Positions 37,241 to 48,025 of a stretch of 64,000 nt of DNA are shown here, in pieces (the stretch's first letter is position 1; every line of letters begins with the position of its first letter). The translations under genes and the position numbers were made by a program. Origin of the DNA: Acidobacteriota bacterium (lineage in GTDB: Bacteria > Acidobacteriota > Polarisedimenticolia > Gp22-AA2); contig JBHIBC010000002.1 of assembly GCA_046758905.1 (NCBI GenBank), forward strand, positions 16,648 to 80,647. The letters run 5' to 3'. The notes under the pieces were generated by a model that was not told the origin of the DNA, did no database searches, and was given only the letters and a program-made list of their open reading frames with translations.

Positions 37241-38572
37241 TCAGCGCAGGCTCGCCGCGACCTCCTCGAACGCCTTCAGGTTAGCCTCGACGTCCTCCTC
37301 CGTATGGACGATGGAGACGGTCCAGACGTCGCCGCCGAAGTGGTGGGCCGGCAGGACGCCCCGGTTCATCATGGCGAACCACCAGTGGCGGAAGGTCTCC
37401 TCGTCCGCCGTCATGAACTCCCGGTAGCTCCTGAGGGGCCGATCGGTGAAGGTAATCATGCCGCAGGGGCCGACCCGGTTGATCTGCGCCCTCAGCTCGT
37501 GCTCCCGGGCGATCGTCCTGTAGCCGTCCGCGAGCCTGCGGCTGAGGTCGGACGTCCTCCTGTACGCCTCGGGCGTCAGCAGGTCGCGCAGGACGACCCT
37601 GGCGACGTTCAGGACCAGAGGGTTGGCGGCGAAGGTGCCGACCTGGATCACCTGTCCGCTGCTGACCACCTGCATGATCTCCTCGTCCGCCCCGACGGCG
37701 CCGAGCGGAAGCCCGCCGGCCAGCGCCTTGGCGGTGCAGACGATATCGGGCCTAATGCCGTAGTACTCGGTCGCGCCGCCGGGAGCGATCTTGCAGCCGG
37801 TCTTGACCTCGTCGAAGATCAGCAGCGCCCCGTTCTCGTGGCAGAGATCGCGCAGCTCCCGGAAGAACCCCTCCTCCGGCTCGATGCAGCCGCAATCCAT
37901 CATGATCGGTTCGGTGATCACGGCCGCGATCTGGTTGACGTGACGGGCGAACAGATCCTTCACGGAGTCGAGGTTGTTGAAGACCGCCATCAGCGTCAGG
38001 GCGTAGGTCTCCTCGGGGATCCCCTCGGAGGCCGGGACGCGGGCGCCCCGATCCGCGCGGCCGAGCTGCCGGAGCAGGGCGCTGGTGGTCACCAGGGTCT
38101 GGTCGTTGTGGCCGTGGTAATGTCCCTCGAACTTGACGATGTACTTCTTGGATGTGTAGCCGCGCGCGATCCGCAACGCGGTCATCGTCGCCTCGGTCCC
38201 GGTGTTGACGAAGCGCCACTGCCCGTGGCCGAACCGCGAGGCGAGCAGCCCCGCGACCTCCTGCTCCAGCAGGTGCGGCATGCAGAAGAGCGTGCCGCGC
38301 TCCGCCTGCTCCGTCAGCGCGGCGACGACCTCGGGATGGGCGTGGCCCACGAACTGGCTGCCCATGTTGAGCATGAAGTCGATGTACTCGTTGCCGTCGA
38401 GGTCGTAGATGCGCGAGCCCCGGGCGCGTGCCGCGAACATCGGATAGGGGTCCATGAAGCGGAAGTTCCCCGACGCCCCGCCCGGGACACGCTCGCGCGC
38501 CCTCTCCCAGGCCTCGCGGGAGGTGGGGGTCCTGCCGATCCACTGATCGATCGCCTTCGCCTTGTCCGACAT
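37241..38572 (-). CDS. class III aminotransferase (glutamate-1-semialdehyde 2,1-aminomutase-like)
   Basis: 443 aa. GSRIYDLDGNEYIDF, FVNTGTEATMTALRIARG and FDEVKTGCKIAPGG (PLP Lys). Confidence 0.85.
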   Translation of the reverse strand: MSDKAKAIDQWIGRTPTSREAWERARERVPGGASGNFRFMDPYPMFAARARGSRIYDLDGNEYIDFMLNMGSQFVGHAHPEVVAALTEQAERGTLFCMPHLLEQEVAGLLASRFGHGQWRFVNTGTEATMTALRIARGYTSKKYIVKFEGHYHGHNDQTLVTTSALLRQLGRADRGARVPASEGIPEETYALTLMAVFNNLDSVKDLFARHVNQIAAVITEPIMMDCGCIEPEEGFFRELRDLCHENGALLIFDEVKTGCKIAPGGATEYYGIRPDIVCTAKALAGGLPLGAVGADEEIMQVVSSGQVIQVGTFAANPLVLNVARVVLRDLLTPEAYRRTSDLSRRLADGYRTIAREHELRAQINRVGPCGMITFTDRPLRSYREFMTADEETFRHWWFAMMNRGVLPAHHFGGDVWTVSIVHTEEDVEANLKAFEEVAASLR

Positions 38573-38916
38573 CTTCGATGACTCCTATCCATGGTGCAGG
38601 GATGATCCCATCCTGGAAATGAAATCTCCCGCTGTTCGCGCCGCCGGGGCACAGGCGCCCGCTCTCCCCCGGCGGCTCTAGACCCCGCCGCGGGCCCTCG
38701 CCGGACGACCGCTAGGTGTCGTCGTGCAGGTGCTCGATCTTTCGAGGGTAGCTCGACAGGTGGGGACACTCGTCCGGCCGCGGCGCGCTGCGCCCGGCCG
38801 CCCAACGGTGCGTTCCCCGGTCCGTTCCGATCACCGGCGATTCCCGGAAGCCTACGTCATGCTAGCCCGCCCCGGGGGGCGGGTGTCAAGGACGACGCCC
38901 GCGGGGGGCGAGGGTC

Positions 38917-41565
38917 TCAGCCCTGCACGGGGCTCGCGGGTCGCCCCTCGAGCGCTTCCCGCACCCTGCGGATCAGGAGATCGGAGGAGAACGGCTTCTG
39001 TATGAAGGATACCCCCACGTCGAGGACCCCCTGCCGCGCGATCGAGTCCCCGGTGTATCCCGACATGAACAGGACCTTCACCTCAGGCCGCAGGGCCGCC
39101 ACCTGCCTCGCCAGGGCCGGCCCCGCGATCTCCGGCATCACGACGTCGGTCAGCAGCAGGTGGATGGCGCCGGCGTGACGCCGGCACAGTTGCAGGGCCT
39201 CGCGACCGTTTCTGGCCTCCAGGACCGTGTAGCCAATCGATCGAAGCGTATCCCCGATGAGCGCCCGCACGCACCCCTCGTCCTCGGCCAGGAGGACCGT
39301 CTCGGTGCCGCGCTGCGGGCGGCCGGATCGCCCGGCCCGCGCCCTCGGCGCGGCGACCTCCTCGTCGACCCGGGGGAGGTAGATCTTGAAGGTGCTGCCG
39401 CGCCCGGGCTCACTGTAGGCCCAGATGTTGCCGCCGCTCTGCTTGACGATGCCGTACACGGTGGACAGGCCCAGCCCGGTGCCCTTGCCGACCTCCTTCG
39501 TCGTGAAGAACGGCTCGAAGGCGCGCGCCGCGACCTCCGGGCTCATTCCGTGGCCGCTGTCGCTGACCGCGAGCATCGCGAAATCGCCGACGCGGGCGCC
39601 CACGTGGCGATCGGCGTAGAGCTGGTCGAGGGTGACGTTCGTGGTCTCGATCGTGACCTCGCCGCCCCCGGGCATGGCGTCGCGGGCGTTGACGATCAGA
39701 TTGACGATCACCTGCTCGATCTGGCCGGGGTCGGTCCTGACGTGCCACAGGTCCGGGGCCAGCACCGTGCGGACCCGGATGTCCTCGCCGATCAGGCGAC
39801 GCAGCATCGGCGCCAGGGCGGTCGCGATCCGGTTGAGGTCGAGGACCTTCGGATCGAGGACCTGCCGGCGGCTGAAGGCGAGCAGCTGACGGGTCAGGGA
39901 GGCCGCCCGCTCCGCGGCGCCCCGGATGCCCTCGATCCCCTTCCTGTGGGGTCCGCCGTCCTTGGCCAGGCGGCGCCGCAGGATCTCGCAGTGGCCGAGG
40001 ATGACGGTGAGCATGTTGTTGAAGTCGTGCGCGACCCCGCCCGCCAGCTTCCCGATCGCCTCCATTTTCTGCGACTGGCGCAGTTGATGCTCCAGGGAGA
40101 GCTCGCGCTCGTGCCTGCGGTAGCTGTCGTAGAGGACGCTCGCCAGGTGGGCCAGGACCTCGAGCTGGTCCCGCTCCGCGGCGGAGTACCCGTCCGGCCG
40201 GTTGGCCACGGCGATCATCCCGACCACCTCCTCCCGCTTCAGCATGGGGGCGCCGAGGAAGCAGCGCAGCGGCGGATGGCCCCGGGGGAGTCCGGCCGCC
40301 CGCGGGTCGGCGGACGGGTCGTTGCTCAGGACCGACCTGCGGCCGGTGATCACGCTCCCGAACAGGTTGTCGAAGCTGGTGAACTCGAGGTAGCCGGCCT
40401 CGCGATAACCCCGCAGGGCCCGCTCGTAGAACTCCCGGTTGACCGCCGCATCCCACTCGATCCCCTCGTGCGCCAGGATGCGCAGGACCGGCCCGTCGAC
40501 GACGACGCCGAGAAAGCCGAACTCGCTGTCCGTCTGGCTGAGCGCGGCGCGGAGGATCAGGGCCGTCGCCTCGCGCCACTCCCCCCTCTCGAGAAAGGCC
40601 ACCATGGCGTCGTTGATCGCCTGGAGCTGCTCCGTCCTGCCGCGCAGCTCCCGCTCCGCGCGGTTCCTCTCGGCCAGCTCGCGCGCGTGGGCCAGCATCG
40701 AGGAGATCGTCTGGGCGAAGCCGGCCGCGAGCACCGCGTCCTCCTGCGAGAACGGCTCCCCGCTCTTCTTCTCCGACAGGTACACGCGCCCGAAGATCCG
40801 TCCCCCCTTCACGATCGGCACGGCGAGCAGGGTCTTCATCGGCGGGTGGCGGGGAGGCAGCCCGACCGCGCGCGGGTGCCGCGAGATGTCGTCCACTATC
40901 AGCGCCTGGCCGGCTTCGATGACCAGCCCGAGCAGGCCGTGCCCCTGCGGCAGCCCGCCGATCTCCTCGGCCTGCGCATCGCTCATCCCTGCGAAGACGA
41001 AATCGTCCTGTCGCCCCTCCTTATTCAGGATCGCGGCAGCCGCGTAACGCGCCTGGAGCAGCGCGGCGAGGATCTCGATCCCCTCGCGGAGCAGCGCCCT
41101 GGTCTCGGTCGATTTCGCCAGCAGGGCCAGGAGCCTGCGGTAGCTCGAGTTGAGATCCTGCAGGTGATCGATGCCGGCGCCCAGCTCCACGACCCTGCGC
41201 TCGGAGTCGACGCATTGGAGCCGGCTCTGCTCGAGCTGGCCGGCCTGAGACTGCAGGCGGGCCGCGAGAAGGCCCGAGCGCGTCACGACCCCGAGGAACG
41301 CGCCCGACTCGTCGATGACCGGGAGGGCCTCGGCCCGCGCCTCGTCCATGTCCCGCAGGACATCCTCCAGCTCGGCATCCGCGCGGACCGCGGGCGGCGA
41401 GGGTCTGGGGATCAGGTCGGCGAAGATCCGCCCCGGGAGGCTCACCGGGTCGGCGTCGGTCACGAGGCCGAGAAAGGTCGTGCCGCGGCCGCCGCCCGGA
41501 TCCTCGTCGAAGACCGCGTAGATGCTCGGCCGCGACGGGTCGCGCTGCAGGTCCCGCGGGCGCAT
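38917..41565 (-). CDS. hybrid sensor histidine kinase / response regulator with N-terminal CBS pair and tandem GAF domains
   Basis: H-box AHDFNNML. HATPase N/G boxes ([19 protein letters not shown]). C-terminal REC ([13 protein letters not shown]...LLTDVVMP). Two GAF-like segments. The ORF upstream of Met 41565 looks like non-coding overlap. Confidence 0.85.
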   Translation of the reverse strand: MRPRDLQRDPSRPSIYAVFDEDPGGGRGTTFLGLVTDADPVSLPGRIFADLIPRPSPPAVRADAELEDVLRDMDEARAEALPVIDESGAFLGVVTRSGLLAARLQSQAGQLEQSRLQCVDSERRVVELGAGIDHLQDLNSSYRRLLALLAKSTETRALLREGIEILAALLQARYAAAAILNKEGRQDDFVFAGMSDAQAEEIGGLPQGHGLLGLVIEAGQALIVDDISRHPRAVGLPPRHPPMKTLLAVPIVKGGRIFGRVYLSEKKSGEPFSQEDAVLAAGFAQTISSMLAHARELAERNRAERELRGRTEQLQAINDAMVAFLERGEWREATALILRAALSQTDSEFGFLGVVVDGPVLRILAHEGIEWDAAVNREFYERALRGYREAGYLEFTSFDNLFGSVITGRRSVLSNDPSADPRAAGLPRGHPPLRCFLGAPMLKREEVVGMIAVANRPDGYSAAERDQLEVLAHLASVLYDSYRRHERELSLEHQLRQSQKMEAIGKLAGGVAHDFNNMLTVILGHCEILRRRLAKDGGPHRKGIEGIRGAAERAASLTRQLLAFSRRQVLDPKVLDLNRIATALAPMLRRLIGEDIRVRTVLAPDLWHVRTDPGQIEQVIVNLIVNARDAMPGGGEVTIETTNVTLDQLYADRHVGARVGDFAMLAVSDSGHGMSPEVAARAFEPFFTTKEVGKGTGLGLSTVYGIVKQSGGNIWAYSEPGRGSTFKIYLPRVDEEVAAPRARAGRSGRPQRGTETVLLAEDEGCVRALIGDTLRSIGYTVLEARNGREALQLCRRHAGAIHLLLTDVVMPEIAGPALARQVAALRPEVKVLFMSGYTGDSIARQGVLDVGVSFIQKPFSSDLLIRRVREALEGRPASPVQG

Positions 41566-41618
41566 GTGCGCCGTCACCGTCACGACCCGCCCGCTGAGGC
41601 TGCCGCGGGCCGTGGCCG

Positions 41619-41963
41619 TCACGGCAGGTTCTCCTCCAGCCACACCTCCGCCTCCAGATCCAGGTGCAGGATCTCCTCCGGGCCCATGTAGGGCTTGATC
41701 ACCGTCTGGATGAACTCGGTGAGCCTGTCCCTGCTGATCCGCCTGAGTATCGCGGAGCGGATGAGGATGTTCGAGATCACGTCGTCCCGGATCTCGAGGT
41801 GATCGAACTGGTGCGACGACAGCAGCTCGATCGCCCTGCGCATCGCGACGCAACCGATGGGCGCTTTCCTGCCCAGCACCAGGGCGTCGTGTATGGGCGG
41901 GATGGAGAATTCCTTCAGCCGGACCCTGATGGCGTGGCTGTTTCGGGGCGACGGTCTTCTCAT
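41619..41963 (-). CDS. hypothetical protein (lower-GC small ORF)
   Basis: 114 aa (or 74 aa from the Met at 41843). Unusual Ile/Leu-rich composition for this genome. No recognisable motif. Confidence 0.3.
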   Translation of the reverse strand: MRRPSPRNSHAIRVRLKEFSIPPIHDALVLGRKAPIGCVAMRRAIELLSSHQFDHLEIRDDVISNILIRSAILRRISRDRLTEFIQTVIKPYMGPEEILHLDLEAEVWLEENLP

Positions 41964-42366
41964 GACGAGGCCTCCCGTATGCCGGCGCCCTGCCCGCCTC
42001 TTCAACCGAGGAGTCGGCGGGCGCGCGGGTGACTGGACGACGAGACGGCGCGGGTCAAGTCGCGAACGGTGACGGGATTCACGACGGAAGCCATAGAAGG
42101 TAGGTGCGGAATGAGCCGTGAGACTTCGCGTATCGGGTGACGCAATACATTGCCCCTCTGCAATCGCCCGGGAGCCGGCGCCGCTCCCGCGACACGCCAC
42201 CGCCCCGTCGCCGCCCGCGACCGCCCGGTCCCGGGGCGGCGAGGTGGCGGCTTTTCTACCATATTCGCTCGGGCCCGTAAAGACCGGCGGCAGGAGCGGG
42301 ACGGGTCGATCCCGCCGCGGACCCGAGGCCGGCTCCGGGCGCGAGCGGGGCCTGCTCCGGCCCGCC

Positions 42367-44217
42367 CTAATCGACGCCCTCGCGCCGGTGGAGCCTATCG
42401 ATCTGCTTGCCGTACGCGACCACCAGATCGCGGCGGGTGAAGGCGCCGAGGACATCCGGGACGGCGCGGCTGCGGACGACGATGACCGAGTCGGTCTGAC
42501 GGTTGGAGAGGAGCTGGGCGGCGTAGGCGAGGTCGTCGGCGGGGGTGAGGGGGCCGAGCACCTTCTTCATGACGGTGCGGACCGTATTCCCCTCCTGGGA
42601 CTGTTCCGAGACCAGGGCCCGGCGCACGTCCTCGATCGACAGTTCGCCCACCAGGCCGCCTCCCTCGCTCAGGACGGGGAAGGTGTTCTGGGTGGAATCG
42701 GACGCGAGCCGCACCACCGAGGGGAGGGTGTCGTTCTCCCTCACGGTGAGGAACTTCGACCTGGACGGCTCCCAGCAGTCCCGCACCTTGGCCTGTCGCA
42801 ACACCTCGACCGCGAACGAGCCGAGGTGGGCGGGGGAGTCGGCGCGGCTGGGGACCTGGTTCTCGTACAGCTTGATCCAGGGCGGCGTGAACATGAAGGC
42901 GATGGTGGCCACCAGCAGCGAGGGGACCAGCAGCCCGTACGATCCGGTCATCTCCATCACCATGATCACCGAGGCGAAGGGCACCCTGGCCACGCCCGCG
43001 AAGAACCCCCCCATCCCGACCAGGATGCAGGCGGCGGGCTCAGGGGCCACCAAGGGGACGAACTGCGTCGCCGCCTGCCCGAACGCGGCCCCCAGCGCGC
43101 CGCCGATGACCAGCGAGGGGCCGAACACGCCCCCGCTCCCGCCGCTGGAGATGGTCAGGGAGGTCGCGATGATCTTGACGGCGGCGAACAGGAGCAGGAA
43201 GCCGATGGCGTGGCTTCCATCGATCGCTTCCTGGATGTAGCCGTACCCCATGCCGAGGGCCTGGGGGAAGAAGGCGGCGATGACCCCGAGCGCCAGGGCG
43301 CCCGCCGCCGGCCTGAGCCAGCGGGGCATGGGCAGCCGCTTGAAGACCCGTTCCCTGAAGCCGTAGAAGATCCGGGGGTAGAGGTTCCCCACGAGGGCGC
43401 AGAAGAGCCCCAGGACGGCATAGACCAGCAGCTGCCGCGGCTCGTGGAATGAGATGGGCGGTGTCTCGAACAGAAAGCCCCAGCCGGCGTAAGTGGAGTA
43501 GATGGAGTACCCGGTGATGGCGGAGATCAGGCTAGGGAGGAGGACCTCGTACTCGAAGTCGGGCTTGCTGTAGGGCACCTCGGCGGCGAACAGCGCCGCC
43601 CCGAGGGGCGCCCGGAAGATGCTCCCGATGCCCCCGGCTACGCCCGCCATCATCAGGATGCGCCGGTCGTGGTTGGTGAGCTTGAGGGTGTCGGCCACGA
43701 AGGACCCGAAGCCGGCGCCGATCTGGGCGATCGGCCCCTCGCGGCCGCCCGAGCCGCCCGAGCCGATGGTGATGGCCGAGGCGACCGCCTTCACGGCCGG
43801 GACCCGGCGGCGGATCTTCCCGCGCAGGTGGTGGAACGATCGGACGACCGCGTCGGTGCCGTGCCCCTCGGCCTCCGGCGCCAGGCCGTAGACCAGCGCG
43901 CCGGATAGCAGGCCGCCGGCCAGCAGCGAGACCGGCAGCATCCAGGGGTGCTCCGGGAGGTATCCCGGCCCGCCTTCGGTGCCGCTCCCCGGAGGGAGAA
44001 AGGTGCCGATCCCCTCGAGCATCACCCACTGGCACAGCCGGAACATGAGGTCGAACAGGATGGCGCCGATCCCCGAGACGGTGCCGACCAGGATGCTGAG
44101 CAGGATCCAGCGCCCGTGATGGCTCAGGTTCGGGTCGAGGAAAGGGTCGAAGGGACGGGCGAACCAATCCAGCCGCACCGCGGTAATTTTCGATCCGATT
44201 TCCTTCCATCCTCGCAT
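42367..44217 (-). CDS. ClC family chloride channel / H+-Cl- antiporter with C-terminal CBS pair
   Basis: GSGGREGP and GGVFGPSL selectivity-filter motifs. C-terminal CBS domains. Confidence 0.9.
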   Translation of the reverse strand: MRGWKEIGSKITAVRLDWFARPFDPFLDPNLSHHGRWILLSILVGTVSGIGAILFDLMFRLCQWVMLEGIGTFLPPGSGTEGGPGYLPEHPWMLPVSLLAGGLLSGALVYGLAPEAEGHGTDAVVRSFHHLRGKIRRRVPAVKAVASAITIGSGGSGGREGPIAQIGAGFGSFVADTLKLTNHDRRILMMAGVAGGIGSIFRAPLGAALFAAEVPYSKPDFEYEVLLPSLISAITGYSIYSTYAGWGFLFETPPISFHEPRQLLVYAVLGLFCALVGNLYPRIFYGFRERVFKRLPMPRWLRPAAGALALGVIAAFFPQALGMGYGYIQEAIDGSHAIGFLLLFAAVKIIATSLTISSGGSGGVFGPSLVIGGALGAAFGQAATQFVPLVAPEPAACILVGMGGFFAGVARVPFASVIMVMEMTGSYGLLVPSLLVATIAFMFTPPWIKLYENQVPSRADSPAHLGSFAVEVLRQAKVRDCWEPSRSKFLTVRENDTLPSVVRLASDSTQNTFPVLSEGGGLVGELSIEDVRRALVSEQSQEGNTVRTVMKKVLGPLTPADDLAYAAQLLSNRQTDSVIVVRSRAVPDVLGAFTRRDLVVAYGKQIDRLHRREGVD

Positions 44218-44276
44218 AAGATGCCACTTCTACTCGACTCGCGGGCGATTGGCAAGCCCGCGCCGCGCGGGAGCGC

Positions 44277-45812
44277 ATGAACGGGAGGCCGGGAGGTGCG
44301 ACGCTCATGAGCCGCGGCTCGATGGCGCGATCCGCCTCGTTCCTCGCCCTGGCGCTGCTGGCGGGGGCCTGGCTGCGCGGCCCGAGCGCCGCGCCGGTCC
44401 CGGAGGAGGCCGGCCGCGCCGGGGGCGGGCACGTCGATCCCTTCTCCTTCATCCTGCTGGAGCTGTCGCTGGTCATCATCGTCGCCATGTTCAGCCGTTG
44501 GGTGGCGGAGCGCGCCCGCCAGCCCGCGGTTCTCGGCGAGCTGGTGGCCGGCGTGGTGATCGGGAACCTGGGGTTCTGGATCGGCAGGCCGCTCTTCGTC
44601 CTGGTCATGCACCTCGGAGAGGTGGGCCCCCTGCTGACCGAGATCTTCACCTCCGGCGCCTCGGTGGCCGGGGCGGCGCGGCACGTCTTCTCGGCGAAGG
44701 AGCTGGCGCCCGGGGCGGTCGGTGCGCAGGTCCTCCGGATCGTCACCGGGCCCGAGGCCCCGCACTACGTGATCATGGGGATGGCCCTGTGGCTGTTCTC
44801 CAACCTCGGCGTCATCCTGCTGCTGTTCATGGTGGGCCTGGAGTCGAGCGTCGCGGAGATGCTGCGCGTCGGCGCGCGGGCGACGGCGGTCGCCGTTGTC
44901 GGCATCATCGTTCCGTTCGTGCTCGGCCTCGGCGCGAGCATGTGGCTCCTCGAGGGCGCCACCCTGCCGGTCCACCTGTTCGTGGCCGCGACGCTGTGCG
45001 CCACGAGCGTGGGGATCACGGCCCGCGTCTTCAGGGACCTGAACCGGCTGCAGACGGCCGAGGCCAAGGTGATCCTCGGGGCGGCCGTCATCGACGACAT
45101 CCTCGGCCTGATCATCCTGGCCGTCGTGGTGGGGATCGTGGCGACCGGCGGCATCGTGGTCGCGGAGGTGGCGCGCATCCTGCTGCTCTCGATGCTGTTC
45201 CTTGGCGTGGTTATCCTTCTCGGCAACCGGCTGGTCCGCTGGGTGATCCCGGCGGTCAGCGCCCTCGACCGGCATCACGTCAAGCTCCTGTTCCCGGTGG
45301 CGCTGGCCTTCGCGATGGCCTGGCTGGCGAGCATGATCGAGCTCGCGTCGATCATCGGGGCCTTCGCGGCGGGACTGATCCTCGAGGAGAGCCAGTTCGA
45401 CAGGCACGCCGAGACGCGCCAGACCATGGAGGAGATGATCGGGCCGCTGGAGCGGATCTTCGCCCCGATGTTCTTCGTCCTGATGGGGATGCAGGTCAAC
45501 CTGGCGACCTTCCTCGAGCCCGAGACGGTGGGGCTGGCGGTCGCGCTGACCCTCGTCGCGATCGTCGGCAAGATCGTCGCCGGGTGGCCGGCGGGGCCCG
45601 GGACGGACCGGATCTCGGTCGGGCTGGGGATGATCCCGCGCGGCGAGGTGGGGCTGATCTTCGCCAGCATCGGCAAGGGGCTCGGGGTGGTGACCCCGGC
45701 GCTGTTCTCGGCGGTCGTCATCATGGTGATCGTGACGACGTTGGTCACGCCCTTGGCCCTGAAGTGGTCGCTGGAAAGACGCGCCCGCGGGCCCGCGGCC
45801 GCGGCTCGGTGA
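44277..45812 (+). CDS. cation:proton antiporter (CPA2/Kef-type)
   Basis: 12-13 TM helices. LELSLVIIVAMFSRW and GIVGKIVAGW segments typical of a Na+/H+ exchanger family. Confidence 0.85.
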   Translation: MNGRPGGATLMSRGSMARSASFLALALLAGAWLRGPSAAPVPEEAGRAGGGHVDPFSFILLELSLVIIVAMFSRWVAERARQPAVLGELVAGVVIGNLGFWIGRPLFVLVMHLGEVGPLLTEIFTSGASVAGAARHVFSAKELAPGAVGAQVLRIVTGPEAPHYVIMGMALWLFSNLGVILLLFMVGLESSVAEMLRVGARATAVAVVGIIVPFVLGLGASMWLLEGATLPVHLFVAATLCATSVGITARVFRDLNRLQTAEAKVILGAAVIDDILGLIILAVVVGIVATGGIVVAEVARILLLSMLFLGVVILLGNRLVRWVIPAVSALDRHHVKLLFPVALAFAMAWLASMIELASIIGAFAAGLILEESQFDRHAETRQTMEEMIGPLERIFAPMFFVLMGMQVNLATFLEPETVGLAVALTLVAIVGKIVAGWPAGPGTDRISVGLGMIPRGEVGLIFASIGKGLGVVTPALFSAVVIMVIVTTLVTPLALKWSLERRARGPAAAAR

Positions 45813-45868
45813 GGACGGCGGACGTGAGAGAGTGCGCCCCGCCGGCCCTGACCAGGACGCGTTGAGCC

Positions 45869-46756
45869 GTGGAGCGCATCCGCGTCGCCGCGCTGCAATA
45901 CTGGATCCGTCCCGTCCAGACCTTCGACATGTTCCGCGATCAGGTGGAGGGGCTGGTGGGGACCGCCGTGGACAACCGCTGCCACCTGATCGTCTTCCCC
46001 GAGTACTTCACGGTTCAGCTCCTCACCCTCGGCAACGTCAAGCGGCCGATCGCGGAACAGATCCGCGACCTGGCGCGCCAGGGGCCGAAGTTCGTCGAGC
46101 TGATGGCCGCCCTGGCCAGACAGCACCGCATCTACATCGTGGCGGGCACCATCCCCGTCGTCGACGAGGACTCGGCGCCGGTCTACAACCAGTGCTTCCT
46201 CTTCAGTCCCAAGGGGGACTACGGCATCCAGAGGAAGCTGCACACGACCCGCTTCGAGACCGAGGAGTGGCGGATCTCCTCCGGGACGCGCCTGCGGGTG
46301 TTCGAGACCGACTTCGGGAGGATGGCCGTGACCATATGCTACGACGTCGAGTTCCCGGAGCTGGCGCGGGCCGCGGCGCGACAGGGCGCCTACCTGCTGG
46401 TCGTGCCGAGCTGCACCGAGGACCGTCAGGGGTTCCTGAGGGTCCGCTACTGCGCGCAGGCCCGGGCGATCGAGAACCAGCTCTACGTCATCCAGGCCCC
46501 GACGGTCGGGTCGCTGCCCATGGTCCCCGCCGTGTCGCTGAACTACGGGCAGGCATCGGTCATGACGCCGAGCGATTTCCCGTTCTCGCGCGACGGGATC
46601 ATCGCGGAGGGCATCCCCAACCAGGAGACCATGGTGATCGGCGAGCTCAACCTGAAGACCATCCAGGAGAGCCGCGTCGCCGGGACGGTCCTGCCCCTGA
46701 GGGACAGCAGCACCACCGCCGAGGTCGTCTCGAAGCTGGAGGTCCTGCCGCTATGA
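45869..46756 (+). CDS. carbon-nitrogen hydrolase family (nitrilase/amidase superfamily)
   Basis: GTG start. LIVFPEYF (catalytic Glu), RKLH (Lys) and ICYDVEFPE (Cys) form the E-K-C triad. Confidence 0.85.
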   Translation: MERIRVAALQYWIRPVQTFDMFRDQVEGLVGTAVDNRCHLIVFPEYFTVQLLTLGNVKRPIAEQIRDLARQGPKFVELMAALARQHRIYIVAGTIPVVDEDSAPVYNQCFLFSPKGDYGIQRKLHTTRFETEEWRISSGTRLRVFETDFGRMAVTICYDVEFPELARAAARQGAYLLVVPSCTEDRQGFLRVRYCAQARAIENQLYVIQAPTVGSLPMVPAVSLNYGQASVMTPSDFPFSRDGIIAEGIPNQETMVIGELNLKTIQESRVAGTVLPLRDSSTTAEVVSKLEVLPL

Positions 46757-47484
46757 TCCGGTCCGCCGACGAGGTCGTGGTCCGCAATACCCGGCGCGAA
46801 GACTTCCCGGCGATCATCGACCTGAGCCGGCGGACCTATCCGCACTCGCCCCCCTGGAACGAGACGCAGCTCGGCTCTCACCTGGACGTCTTCCCCGAGG
46901 GCCAGTTCGTGGCCGCGAGGGCCGACTCCGGAGAACCGGTCGGCATGGCCGCGAGCCTGATCGTGTCCTGGGACGACTACGACATGAGGGGGAGCTGGCG
47001 GGACTTCACCAGCCACGGGATGTTCACGAACCACGACGGCGTGCGGGGGAGGACCCTCTACGCCGCCGAGATCATGGTCCATCCCGCCTGCCAGGGGCGC
47101 GGGGTCGGGAGGAAGATGTACGAGGCGCGCAGGGAGCTGGCGCGTCGCCTCGGTCTGCTCCGGATCCGGGCGGGCGCGCGCCTGCGCGGCTACGGCCGGT
47201 ACGCGGAGCGGATGAGCGCGGAGGAGTACGCCGTCCGGGTCATCAGGGGCGAGTTCCGCGACCCGACGCTGTCGTTCCAGCTCCATCAGGGGTTCCGCGT
47301 CCTGGCGATTGTGTCCGGCTACCTGCGCCACGACCAGGAGAGCCGGGGCTACGCGGCGGTGATCGAGTGGCTCAACCCCCGGGTGGCCAGGCCGGAGGAC
47401 CGGGCCGACCCCGACCCGCGCTTCGACCCCCGGTGCTGGAGCCCGGGGGGCGCCGGCGGGGACCCGCCGCGCCGTCATTCCTGA
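46753..47484 (+). CDS. GNAT family N-acetyltransferase
   Basis: ATG overlaps the upstream stop (ATGA). HPACQGRGVGRKM acetyl-CoA-binding motif. Confidence 0.8.
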   Translation: MIRSADEVVVRNTRREDFPAIIDLSRRTYPHSPPWNETQLGSHLDVFPEGQFVAARADSGEPVGMAASLIVSWDDYDMRGSWRDFTSHGMFTNHDGVRGRTLYAAEIMVHPACQGRGVGRKMYEARRELARRLGLLRIRAGARLRGYGRYAERMSAEEYAVRVIRGEFRDPTLSFQLHQGFRVLAIVSGYLRHDQESRGYAAVIEWLNPRVARPEDRADPDPRFDPRCWSPGGAGGDPPRRHS

Positions 47485-47759
47485 GGGGGGCTCCGGCGGG
47501 CGGCCTCCGTCCCGGCATCCCTGTCCCCGAGTCCCGGTGGGGCCCTCGCGCGGGCGGTGCCGCGGCGTCCCGGCCCCGTTTCTCGATGTGAATCCGATCG
47601 GCCGCGCCGGGCGCCCTGGAGCGATCTTACCGACCGGTCGGTTGATCCTCCAAAGCACCCGACAGTACTGGATTAGGGCCGGATCGTCCGCGGCCGCTCT
47701 CCGCGGCACGGGATCCGTTGCAGGATGCGCAACAACATGGCCGGGCCCCGTGAATCCTG

Positions 47760-47788
47760 TTGACAGCCACGGCACGCGCCCGTATATG
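47760..47788 (+). promoter_or_regulatory. sigma70-like promoter candidate: perfect -35 TTGACA, 17-nt spacer, -10 TATATG
   Basis: Lies in the 830-nt intergenic region upstream of the giant secreted protein gene. The -10 deviates from consensus at its last two positions. Confidence 0.3.
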
Positions 47789-47827
47789 GTCGCGCAGATC
47801 CTGCCTTCGGGACCAAAGGGAGCGTCA

Positions 47828-48025
47828 GTGCCCGAGCGCATCGCCGTTCTCCACGACACCCTACGGGACCGGCGGCAACCGGCCGACGCCGGCACGAACC
47901 GCGACGATGAGGTGCCGGGTGCTCGGGAGATCCGCCTTGCGGCGGTCGGTGGTCCGGGGTGCGCGAGCGGCCCGGCGGGCGCCGCCCGGCCCTCGGAGTC
48001 GGATCGACAGATGAGCCTCGTGTAG
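47828..48025 (+). CDS. small ORF (65 aa) with strong SD (AAGGGAG, 5-nt spacer, GTG) in the leader of the giant gene
   Basis: VPERIAVLHDTLRDRRQPADAGTNRDDEVPGAREIRLAAV... No recognisable family. Could be a leader peptide or spurious. Confidence 0.22.
   Translation: MPERIAVLHDTLRDRRQPADAGTNRDDEVPGAREIRLAAVGGPGCASGPAGAARPSESDRQMSLV

Noticed and set aside
38860-38890. GC hairpin (cccgcccc-gggg-ggcgggtg) between the histidine kinase and the aminotransferase gene, considered as a terminator
   Set aside because: No adjacent T-run on the relevant strand, so not reported as an intrinsic terminator. It may still be a REP-like element.
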